From NCBI GenBank assembly GCA_902490735.1, contig CABUFC010000002.1:141089-205088 (forward strand): a DNA stretch of 64,000 nucleotides, written 5' to 3'. Below, piece after piece: positions 29,315 through 37,185 of this stretch. The position numbers and the translations under genes are program-made. Within the stretch, counting starts at the first letter, position 1, and every line of letters begins with the position of its first letter. The stretch comes from an uncultured Oscillospiraceae bacterium. Lineage in GTDB: Bacteria > Bacillota > Clostridia > Oscillospirales > Acutalibacteraceae. A model generated the notes under the pieces. That model had not been told where the DNA came from. It made no database searches and was given only the letters and a program-made list of their open reading frames with translations.

Positions 29315-30703
29315 TTATTGGATCCTGTGCAGAATGGAGGTGTATTTCCGTTTTTGTATTGCCTTGCTGATTGGATAAAACAGGATACCGGCTGCAACTC
29401 CAATGATCCACACATATTTCCAACTGATAAGAAATCCAACCAGAAGGATGGCGGCGATGGTTATCGCCCAGTATATGAAGTGGAATCTCACTGTCGATTT
29501 ATTCAGCTCACCAACAACATCTGATCCGTTCGATGTATGCGGTGCATTCTCGATAAACTCCGCTGCCCCGGCAGCACCTGAACAGGAACGAAAATCTGTA
29601 CTGCACACCTCTGCGGCTTTCGCGTAGGCGGAGTTGCGCAGAATCTCCTGTACAGACGCCCGGATCCCGTCAATGGAATCGTCATTTAAAGCCGTGCCGG
29701 CACCAATTTCCATTACCCTTCTCGCTACTGCTTTCTGCTCGCTTGTCTGGGGATAGAGCACCATCGGCGCAGCCATATAGAGACTTTCGGAAACGCTGTT
29801 CATGCCACAGTGTGTTATAAAAACGTCCGCTTTGGAAAGAATATCGAGCTGATCCACGTAGGGATACACATGGATGTTGTCAGGCAGCACTCCCAATGAC
29901 GCGCGGTTTACCGCATTTCCGCACGAAATGACGACGTCAACCTTCTGATCTTGCAACGCCGCTATGCATTTTGTGTAGAAATCGGGTCTGTCATTGATGA
30001 CGGTCCCCAGAGAAATATAAACAAGCGGGCGGTCCTTCGCTTTTTTCGGAACGGCATCTGAGAAAACAGAAGGTCCTACAAATGCGTAGTGATCCGAAAA
30101 GCTCTCTGCATAGGGCTGAAAACGCCGCGAAGTATAGACGATGCTATCTGTCTGATTGTCGCTCTGTACCAGAGACAAAGCCCCCTTCACACGATAGCCG
30201 TATGGTTCGAGCTTTTTCAACTCCTTAGAGATCCTCGGCAACCCGAAGATCATATCTGCCAGTTCCTTAGGCGTGTTCTTCATATACTGGGATGACAATT
30301 GATTAAAAGCAAATGTGCTGGTAGAAATAACCATCGGCACATGGTGTTTCCATGCGTTTAATTTTCCCCAGAAGCAAACGGAATCCGTATATACGACGTC
30401 AGGCCGGAAGGTCTTGAACTCTTCGTCGAGAAAGCTGTCCATGCTGAGCGTGATCCGAATGTCCTGAATCGTCATCTCTGTAGTGGAAACATTCTTCAGT
30501 CCGGCTTCTTCCCGCTTCGTGAGTTTCGGCAGAAAAGCGTCGCAGGAGATAAATTCTGCGCCTGTTGCATTGATCTTCTCTTCAAATTCGTTGAACGAAT
30601 AGAATCGTACTGTATTCCCCCTTTTCACCAGTTCCGCTGCAACCGGGAGCATGGGATTTGTATGACCGTGCGCAGGAATACAGAAAAAGGCAACCTTTTT
30701 CAT
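29315..30703 (-). CDS. MGT-family (GT1) UDP-glycosyltransferase with a C-terminal two-helix membrane anchor
   Basis: 462 aa. N-terminal acceptor-domain signature IPAHGHTNPMLPVAAELVKRG and C-terminal donor motif THCGMNSVSESLYMAAPMVLYPQTSEQ, typical of macrolide-glycosyltransferase-family GT1 enzymes. The last ~70 aa contain two hydrophobic stretches (IYWAITIAAILLVGFLI and VWIIGVAAGILFYPI). Confidence 0.85.
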   Translation of the reverse strand: MKKVAFFCIPAHGHTNPMLPVAAELVKRGNTVRFYSFNEFEEKINATGAEFISCDAFLPKLTKREEAGLKNVSTTEMTIQDIRITLSMDSFLDEEFKTFRPDVVYTDSVCFWGKLNAWKHHVPMVISTSTFAFNQLSSQYMKNTPKELADMIFGLPRISKELKKLEPYGYRVKGALSLVQSDNQTDSIVYTSRRFQPYAESFSDHYAFVGPSVFSDAVPKKAKDRPLVYISLGTVINDRPDFYTKCIAALQDQKVDVVISCGNAVNRASLGVLPDNIHVYPYVDQLDILSKADVFITHCGMNSVSESLYMAAPMVLYPQTSEQKAVARRVMEIGAGTALNDDSIDGIRASVQEILRNSAYAKAAEVCSTDFRSCSGAAGAAEFIENAPHTSNGSDVVGELNKSTVRFHFIYWAITIAAILLVGFLISWKYVWIIGVAAGILFYPISKAIQKRKYTSILHRIQ

Positions 30704-30918
30704 ACCTTATCACCCTCCTGATCCTGAAAAACTATCTTAAACCATTCTGCAAAGGCTTGTTTCGGAGGGATGGCGATCCCCCTCGCCTCATCGCCAAAAA
30801 GCAGCAGCGTATCTCCAGGCTTGATTCCAAAAATATCACGAGCCTGTTTCGGGATTACGATTTGTCCTTTTTCTCCGACGGTGGCCGTCCATGCATATTT
30901 TCCTTCAGGTGCTTTCAT
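30700..30918 (-). CDS. AbrB/MazE/SpoVT-family DNA-binding protein
   Basis: 72 aa from the ATG at 30918 (GGAGG 7 nt upstream). The swapped-hairpin motif VGEKGQIVIPKQARDIFGIKPGD is present. The stop overlaps the MGT start (ATGA). The track start at 30951 would lie inside the -10 box. Confidence 0.85.
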   Translation of the reverse strand: MKAPEGKYAWTATVGEKGQIVIPKQARDIFGIKPGDTLLLFGDEARGIAIPPKQAFAEWFKIVFQDQEGDKV

Positions 30919-30951
30919 TATACCGCCTCCAAAGTATGATTTGTATAACAT

Positions 30952-30980
30952 ATTATACCGTATGAATTCGAATATGTCAA
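30952..30980 (-). promoter_or_regulatory. consensus sigma-A promoter of the AbrB-MGT operon
   Basis: Minus strand reads TTGACA, 17 nt, TATAAT, about 34 nt upstream of the 30918 start codon. Confidence 0.75.
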
Positions 30981-31019
30981 GGAATAATGGGCGGCGAAAA
31001 TTGCTTTCAGCTACCGTAA

Positions 31020-31049
31020 TGTTATCATTTCGTTATCAATATTGATACC
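31020..31049. repeat. right copy of the 30-nt direct repeat (three GTTATCA-type half-sites)
   Basis: TGTTATCATTTCGTTATCAATATTGATACC. Contains the perfect 14-bp palindrome TATCAATATTGATA and lies ~40 nt upstream of the -35 box of the AbrB-MGT promoter. Confidence 0.85.
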
Positions 31050-31085
31050 AAAAACAGCAGGCATTCCGTAGAATGCCTGCTGTTT
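31047..31085 (-). terminator. rho-independent terminator after guaA
   Basis: 15-bp stem AAACAGCAGGCATTC / GAATGCCTGCTGTTT followed by TTTTTGG on the minus strand. A second hairpin without a U-run (AGCACATTT / AAATGTGCT) lies at 31105-31130. Confidence 0.8.
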
Positions 31086-31130
31086 CAAGCTATTCAGGAT
31101 AACTCAGCACATTTCAAGATAAAATGTGCT

Positions 31131-32111
31131 TTACTCCCACTCAATAGTGCCTGACGGTTTTGGTGTAAGATCATACAGTACGCGGTTTACACCGGGCACT
31201 TCACTTATAATGCGGCCGGTCACTTTATTTAAAACTTCATATGGAATTTCTTCAATTGTAGCCGACATAGCATCCAAAGTATTTACGGCACGGATAATTA
31301 CCGGCCATTCTTCAACCCTTTTATCGTTTCTTACACCAACAGATTTTAGATCCGGAACAATTGTAAAGAACTGCCAAACCTTTTTATCAAGACCGGAATT
31401 TTTAAACTCTTCACGCAAAATCGCATCAGATTCGCGGACGGCTTCCAGCCTGTCTCTTGTAATAGCTCCAAGGCAGCGAACACCAAGACCGGGGCCGGGG
31501 AATGGCTGACGGTAAACCATACTGTCGGGAAGTCCTAAAGTTTTGCCAACCATGCGAACTTCATCTTTAAATAAGAATTTTAACGGCTCTACAAGCTCAA
31601 ATTTTAAATCTTCAGGCAGTCCGCCAACGTTGTGATGTGCTTTTACAGGACCGCTTTCGAGTATATCAGGATAGATAGTGCCTTGTGCCAAAAATTCGAT
31701 ATTTTCAAGTTTTCTTGCTTCTTCTTCAAATACACGAATAAATTCCGCGCCGATAATTTTGCGCTTGTTTTCCGGGCTTTTTTCGCCGGCAAGTTTATCT
31801 AAAAATCTGTCAACCGCGTCAACATAGATTAAGTTGGCATTCATTTGGTTTTTAAAAACCTCAATTACTTGCTCGGGTTCGCCTTTTCTTAAAAGGCCGT
31901 GATTTACATGTACACAGGTAAGGTTTTGGCCGATTGCTTTAATTAAAAGGGCCGCTACAACCGAAGAGTCTACGCCGCCGGAAAGCGCAAGAAGAACCTT
32001 TTTATCCTTGACTTGCTTTTTTATAGCATCTATTTGTTCGTCAATGAACGCGCTGGCAAGCTCTGCGTTGTTTATACGCTTCATATCATTTGGTCGTACA
32101 TTGTTTTGCAT
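31131..32111 (-). CDS. guaA: GMP synthase ATP-pyrophosphatase subunit (no glutamine amidotransferase domain)
   Basis: ~326 aa. PP-loop SGGVDSSV about 45 aa from the N-terminus, HHNVGGLP, and the GMP-synthase C-terminal dimerisation domain ending GTIEWE. The ~190-aa N-terminal GATase domain of canonical GuaA is absent. Start chosen at the second ATG (32111) because of better RBS spacing. Confidence 0.85.
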   Translation of the reverse strand: MQNNVRPNDMKRINNAELASAFIDEQIDAIKKQVKDKKVLLALSGGVDSSVVAALLIKAIGQNLTCVHVNHGLLRKGEPEQVIEVFKNQMNANLIYVDAVDRFLDKLAGEKSPENKRKIIGAEFIRVFEEEARKLENIEFLAQGTIYPDILESGPVKAHHNVGGLPEDLKFELVEPLKFLFKDEVRMVGKTLGLPDSMVYRQPFPGPGLGVRCLGAITRDRLEAVRESDAILREEFKNSGLDKKVWQFFTIVPDLKSVGVRNDKRVEEWPVIIRAVNTLDAMSATIEEIPYEVLNKVTGRIISEVPGVNRVLYDLTPKPSGTIEWE

Positions 32112-32135
32112 AAATCTATCCATCCTTTTTATATT

Positions 32136-33692
32136 TTATATGATTTCCGGAATGTTTTTGCCGTCAATCATTTTTTGAATATTTTGGGTAAAATTGTCGA
32201 AATAGGTATAATTTATAACGCCTACTTCATTGCCGTCTATTTTTACAATATATTTTCGCGCGTTGTAGTTGTAAATTTCAAGCACAATTTTACCTTTAGC
32301 CGTGTTACGGTAGGTAAATGTTGCTGAAAAAGCCAATCCGTTTTGTTTTGCGTTTTCGTCCAAAGTCGGTTTTAAATAAAGGAAATAATCGAAATAGGTT
32401 CTAAAAATAGTATCATTAATATCCTTATCTCCGTATTTTTCAGAGGTCAAGTTTTTCTTTTCGTCATAACTTATATCAAACGAGTAGGATTTTTTTGTAT
32501 CGTTTAAAGTAATATTTTTAAAACTTGATATTTCCTCTAAAAATACATATTGGTTGTAAAAATCGTTTAGCCGTAAAGCAATAAAGGGAAGTGCGTCTGC
32601 GTCGATTTTGTACACGGCGTTCTTTCCGGATATCATTAAACTATAATAATTAGTGCCGACATCATCGGTTTCGTATTTTGAAAGCGATAGTTTAATTGTT
32701 TTGCCGGCATAGGACATTTCGACAATCATATCAGGCTTGTCCATACGGTATTTTTTTATATCCGCACTATTTGGCAAAAGCTTATAGCAGTCGGTTGCAA
32801 CAAGTCCGTTATTTAAAATTGAAGTAACATTGCCAACATTGTCAAAATTTGCATATCTTTCAATCGGGGCGATAACTTTATAGCTCGCAAGCGGATTATC
32901 GGTGTGAATGATCGAAACGGGTTTTTCAAAAAACTGTCCGGAAATTTTAAGGGTATCAACATGATCGAGATTGTTGTTATTGCTCAAATACTGCTCCGGC
33001 AATGTGTCGCTGCTTTCGGGGGTTATCAGCGAATTGTTGGCGGTTATTTCCGGAGTGGCATTAAAAGATTCAATAGTAGAAGCAGCAACAAGATAGACCT
33101 TGTTGTTTAATGAGGTTGTGGTATAGTTTCCGGAACCGTCCGGCGATTTGTTTCCGACCATTATTTTATAATCGCTAAGACCGTCTCTTCCGGTAACAGA
33201 AACAATAATTATAGGAGAGTTTAAACCGTAAACCGCGTCGCTGCTGTCACCGCTCATTTCGCGAATTGCCGAAAGGGAAGCAACTTTGTCGGCTACGCTG
33301 CTAATATATGCGTCGGAAATAAGGGAGCTTGGATAGTTGTTAAAATTCCAAGAATAGGTGGTAGATCCGCTTTCGTCTTTACCGGTTACAGAGGTAAAGT
33401 TTAATATGCCATATTCATTTTTGATATTAAATGCGGCAATGTTTTTTGCGTCAAAGTTAAATACTTCTACGGTGCTCGTTTTATTGTCAACATCCGTAGT
33501 AGGAGTATTTTTTGTAAAAAATACAATTATACTCGAAATAATGCCTAGCACAAGCGCTAAAGACAGCATTATTACTATTGTTTTTTTGCTGCCTTTTTTA
33601 GCAGATTTTTTATAGGTTACCTCTTTTTTTGAAAAAACAGTGGAATCCGAAAAATCCTCTTCCGGTTTTATTTTCTTATTCTCAGGATCCAA
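32136..33692 (-). CDS. DUF4340-like membrane-anchored extracytoplasmic protein
   Basis: 518 aa. Single N-terminal TM helix (IVIMLSLALVLGIISSIIVFF) followed by a large beta-rich domain. It occupies the last position of a GldAFG-like ABC operon, where DUF4340 proteins typically occur. Confidence 0.6.
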   Translation of the reverse strand: MDPENKKIKPEEDFSDSTVFSKKEVTYKKSAKKGSKKTIVIMLSLALVLGIISSIIVFFTKNTPTTDVDNKTSTVEVFNFDAKNIAAFNIKNEYGILNFTSVTGKDESGSTTYSWNFNNYPSSLISDAYISSVADKVASLSAIREMSGDSSDAVYGLNSPIIIVSVTGRDGLSDYKIMVGNKSPDGSGNYTTTSLNNKVYLVAASTIESFNATPEITANNSLITPESSDTLPEQYLSNNNNLDHVDTLKISGQFFEKPVSIIHTDNPLASYKVIAPIERYANFDNVGNVTSILNNGLVATDCYKLLPNSADIKKYRMDKPDMIVEMSYAGKTIKLSLSKYETDDVGTNYYSLMISGKNAVYKIDADALPFIALRLNDFYNQYVFLEEISSFKNITLNDTKKSYSFDISYDEKKNLTSEKYGDKDINDTIFRTYFDYFLYLKPTLDENAKQNGLAFSATFTYRNTAKGKIVLEIYNYNARKYIVKIDGNEVGVINYTYFDNFTQNIQKMIDGKNIPEII

Positions 33693-35272
33693 ATTACAAT
33701 ACCTCCGGCTAAAGTAGCTAAGGGAATAACAAACATAAATATAATTAAAACGATCATTTTTACAGCCGCACTGCTAGGCGTAGCAATTCCTGTAGTGCCT
33801 GTAACTTTAGGCGTAAAGTACAGTCCTCCGCTTCTGCCCGAAGCTGTATTTATAGCTAATGTAGCAAGATCCATGTTTCCTATATCGCTGTACTGACTGT
33901 AATTTTCAGAAACAAAGTCGTTTCCTGCAAATACTATTACCGAGCTTTGAATATCGTTACCGTCGGCGTCAGTATCAATATCGGTGGTAAGAACGATAAG
34001 CGGATAAGATTTTGTTGTGGCATTTGCCGGCGGAGTATATCCGGCACCGCTGCCTTTGGGTGCGGCAAGAGTAGTATCGCTCGAAGATAAAAGGATGTTT
34101 GTGGTTTTAGATCCGTCTGTCGAATAGGTTACGGTAAGCGGAGAATTCGCGCCGGACCAATAATTTTTATTGCTGTTTTTAAGACTTGAAACGTAGCTGT
34201 TATCTGCAAGGGATTGTAAAAATATTGTCGGATTGTCGCCGCGGTTTAGGGAGTTTGTTTCATATAAAACTCCGCCGCCAACCGAAATACCCCATTCCTC
34301 TAAAAACGCATTTAAATTGGGCGTTTCGGGGCTTGACTGACTTGCAAAATAGATAAGCGATTTGCCCTTTTTGCCTTCGTTGTTTAAAAACTTGTCAATC
34401 TCTTTTAACGAGTTTACGTCAAAATCGTTTGTAACGCCGGAAATTAGAATGGCGTCATAACCTTTAAGGTTTTCGTAGGTTACTGTTCCTTCGTAGGTTG
34501 TAAATTGATAATCGTAACTGTTAAGCGAAGAAGTAAGATAGCTAAGAGTATCCGGAGTGCAGTTATTCTTTAATACTGCAGCGGTTTTGGTTATGTCCAT
34601 AGCCACCTTGTTAAGCGCGCCGGAAAGTGCATTTTCGAGATTGGATACGACTATAGTATAGCTTGACGAATAACCGTAAGAATCGTACGACGCCTGCATT
34701 TCATAAATGTCGTTAACTGTTAAAACGTCACTTTTTGTACTACCGTCTGTTTTAAAGCAGCGCACAAGAATATCACCGTAGGTAATGTTAATAGAACTTT
34801 CACTTTGAAGCTTTGAAAAGTCCGGCTCTTGCGGATCGTGATATTCAACCGTTATTTTTGAATTGTATTTTGGATATTCTTCTAATAGCCTTACAGTTTG
34901 ATTAAAATAACTGTATGGTGTGTTATTTTCCGAAACACCGTAATAGTTTGCCATGTAGTTAATCATTTCGCTGCCGGTGTAGCTGGCTTTTGTGGCGCAA
35001 ACGATAATAGAAATTTCCTTAATACTCTCTTGCTCGTTTAAACGTTTTAAATAATCAATATTTTCGGCAGTAAGCTTGCTTGAACGGTCAACGGTAACAT
35101 CAATAGCCGTAGAAAATTTAGAAGCAATAAGGGTAGATAAAAAATTAACCGCAACTAAAAGCACTAAAAATACCGAGATTAATATAGCCGTAGTAGAACT
35201 GTATCTAAATACATTTGAGCGCTCTTTTCTTTGCTTTTTAGGAGAAATAACTGTATTTTCTTGTTTTTTCAT
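33668..35272 (-). CDS. GldG-like ABC-transporter auxiliary protein
   Basis: ~534 aa from the ATG at 35272 (AAGGAGG 8 nt upstream). TM helices at the N- and C-termini flank a large external domain. Operon context with an ABC-2 permease and an ATPase. Confidence 0.7.
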   Translation of the reverse strand: MKKQENTVISPKKQRKERSNVFRYSSTTAILISVFLVLLVAVNFLSTLIASKFSTAIDVTVDRSSKLTAENIDYLKRLNEQESIKEISIIVCATKASYTGSEMINYMANYYGVSENNTPYSYFNQTVRLLEEYPKYNSKITVEYHDPQEPDFSKLQSESSINITYGDILVRCFKTDGSTKSDVLTVNDIYEMQASYDSYGYSSSYTIVVSNLENALSGALNKVAMDITKTAAVLKNNCTPDTLSYLTSSLNSYDYQFTTYEGTVTYENLKGYDAILISGVTNDFDVNSLKEIDKFLNNEGKKGKSLIYFASQSSPETPNLNAFLEEWGISVGGGVLYETNSLNRGDNPTIFLQSLADNSYVSSLKNSNKNYWSGANSPLTVTYSTDGSKTTNILLSSSDTTLAAPKGSGAGYTPPANATTKSYPLIVLTTDIDTDADGNDIQSSVIVFAGNDFVSENYSQYSDIGNMDLATLAINTASGRSGGLYFTPKVTGTTGIATPSSAAVKMIVLIIFMFVIPLATLAGGIVIWILRIRK

Positions 35273-35285
35273 TTTATTATCCTCC

Positions 35286-35987
35286 TTAAACCCAGCGTTT
35301 TTTCTCAAGCGAGCGCATTGTTAAAAACAGAAACAGTGAAATAACGCTCAAAAAGAATACTATATTCGAAAAGTCTATAATGCCCGAAACAAAGGTGTTA
35401 AATCGGGTATTAAAGGAAAGAAAATCGCATATTGCTGTTACCACACCGTTATTAATAATGGTGGCAAAATAATCAATCATTAAAACAAAAAGCGATGCTA
35501 TAATTCCAAGAACTGCTGCGATTATCTGACTGTCAGTTAATGATGATATAAACGTTCCGATAGCAATTATTGCCGCACCCATTAAAAATACACCTAAAAG
35601 ACAGCTTAAATACAAAAGTAAATTAACATCTGTCACTGCCATAAGAACAAACTCAAAAATTAAAGTAATCGAGTAGCAAAGCATAAACAGAGTCATCGCG
35701 GCAAAAAACTTGCCTAAAACTATGTGACTTACTTTTACGGGACTTGTAAGCAAAAGCTGATCGGTTTTTTGTCTTTTTTCTTCGGAAAAAAGTCGCATTG
35801 TAATAAGTGGAGCCACAAGCATTGCATAGGTGTTTACTGCAGAGAACACAAAGGCTAAATTACCGTAATCGGCAATATAAATGCTTGAAAATCCCTGTCC
35901 TAAAAAGAAAAACATAATAGCTATTATTACAAAGCCTAACGGGGTGGTAAAATAGGATTTAAATTCTCTTTTAAAAATTGCACTCAT
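35286..35987 (-). CDS. ABC-2 type transporter permease (GldF-like)
   Basis: 233 aa with six predicted hydrophobic helices. Overlaps the ATPase gene stop by 4 nt. Confidence 0.8.
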   Translation of the reverse strand: MSAIFKREFKSYFTTPLGFVIIAIMFFFLGQGFSSIYIADYGNLAFVFSAVNTYAMLVAPLITMRLFSEEKRQKTDQLLLTSPVKVSHIVLGKFFAAMTLFMLCYSITLIFEFVLMAVTDVNLLLYLSCLLGVFLMGAAIIAIGTFISSLTDSQIIAAVLGIIASLFVLMIDYFATIINNGVVTAICDFLSFNTRFNTFVSGIIDFSNIVFFLSVISLFLFLTMRSLEKKRWV

Positions 35988-37018
35988 TTTACTTCTTCCT
36001 CCCCGTATACCGTTTCAATCGCCTTATTGCGTGCGGATTTGTTTGTCTTTTTTACAGGAGCTTCATCCTCTTTAATTTCGGCAATTCCTATGCCCTCTGT
36101 AAGCTTTAAAAATACCTGCTCTAATGTAAGGGCATTGGTTGTAAGCTCTAAAATAGGGAAGTTCCTGTCTGCCATTCTGTTAAAAATATCACGGCGGATA
36201 TCTAAGCCGTCATAAGGCTCAATATTATAATCGTAAGCACCCGATTCAACAACTCCAAGGCTCGAAATTTTATCTACACCTTTTATTGATTTAAGTGCTT
36301 TTAATACGGCCTCTTCAGGTCCTTGCACGCGAAGCTTTACCGCGTGATCCGAAGACATTGATTTTGAAAGGTTTTCCGCTAAATCATCGGCAACGATTTC
36401 ACCGTTGTTAATAATTATTATGCGTTTGCAAACGGCCTGTATTTCGGACAGAATATGCGACGACATAATTATTGTATGGTTTTTGCTAAGCCGTTCTATA
36501 AGCGAACGTACCTCTATAATTTGTTTCGGGTCTAAACCAACTGTCGGCTCGTCCAAAATCAGCACATCCGGGTTTCCTATAAGCGCCTGCGCTATACCTA
36601 CACGCTGCCTGTAACCCTTTGAAAGATTGCGAATAAGGCGGTTTTGAACATGATCGATTTTTACCAGCCTGCAAATTTCGCCGATATGCGGATTTTTTTG
36701 AAAGGGCGCTTTTTTAAGATTAAAGCAAAAATCCAGATATTCCTTAACTGTCATATCAAGATACAGCGGTGGTTGTTCCGGAAGATATCCAATATGTTTT
36801 TTAACCTCTTCGGGATATTCCAAAACATTCATACCGGATACCGTTGCACTTCCGGAAGTAGAGGATAAATACCCCGTTAAAATATTCATAATCGTGGATT
36901 TACCGGCGCCATTAGGCCCCAAAAATCCAACGACTTCACCTTCGCTTATAGTAAAGCTAACATCTTTTACCGCGAGGTTTGTACCGTATTTTTTGCAAAG
37001 GTTTTTTACTTCAATCAT
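35984..37018 (-). CDS. ABC transporter ATP-binding protein (GldA-like)
   Basis: 344 aa with Walker A GPNGAGKST, signature LSKGYRQR and Walker B LILDEP. Confidence 0.9.
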   Translation of the reverse strand: MIEVKNLCKKYGTNLAVKDVSFTISEGEVVGFLGPNGAGKSTIMNILTGYLSSTSGSATVSGMNVLEYPEEVKKHIGYLPEQPPLYLDMTVKEYLDFCFNLKKAPFQKNPHIGEICRLVKIDHVQNRLIRNLSKGYRQRVGIAQALIGNPDVLILDEPTVGLDPKQIIEVRSLIERLSKNHTIIMSSHILSEIQAVCKRIIIINNGEIVADDLAENLSKSMSSDHAVKLRVQGPEEAVLKALKSIKGVDKISSLGVVESGAYDYNIEPYDGLDIRRDIFNRMADRNFPILELTTNALTLEQVFLKLTEGIGIAEIKEDEAPVKKTNKSARNKAIETVYGEEEVK

Positions 37019-37185
37019 AAATTACCTCCGATAATTATATCTTACTTCTTAATAATTTAGTATATCATATAGAAATAATCAAATCAATGAATTTTTTGTA
37101 AAAAAAGGATAAACACCGCTTGCAATACCGGGGAATATTATATATAATTAGTTAAAGAATAAACTACGAAAGGCTTAAACTTATT

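Larger units (their letters stand above)
29140..31090. other. compositionally distinct two-gene islet (probable horizontal acquisition)
   Basis: Hand-counted 60-nt lines inside the glycosyltransferase gene give 52-58% G+C, versus 27-40% in hand-counted lines of flanking genes. It is bracketed by 30-nt direct repeats and sits between the host guaA terminator and the metF promoter. No recombinase gene is present. Confidence 0.5.

Noticed and set aside
29143-29627. Plus-strand ORFs 29143-29370, 29255-29524 and 29403-29627 overlapping the end of the MGT gene
   Set aside because: They are antisense to a well-supported CDS, have low-complexity or Cys/Tyr-rich odd composition, and show no RBS or domain resemblance.
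30658-31045. Plus-strand ORFs 30658-30939 (93 aa) and 30770-31045 (91 aa), and the 83-aa extended version of the AbrB-like ORF starting at 30951
   Set aside because: The plus-strand ORFs are antisense shadows of the AbrB-like gene and its promoter region, with no RBS. The 30951 start lies within the -10 hexamer, whereas the ATG at 30918 has a GGAGG at 7-nt spacing.
29179-31049. Interpreting the 30-nt repeats as Xer dif-like (pdif module) sites
   Set aside because: dif-type sites have two 11-bp arms whose inner ends are inverted repeats around a 6-bp spacer, with a TTATG/CATAA-like core. Here the symmetry is GTTATCA-N4-TGATAAC plus an extra direct half-site, which does not fit that layout. 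It stays only a remote possibility.
31105-31130. Hairpin AGCACATTT / AAATGTGCT immediately after the guaA stop, as a separate regulatory element
   Set aside because: It has no U-run and no partner sequence. It is most simply a stabilising 3' stem preceding the real terminator at 31047-31085.
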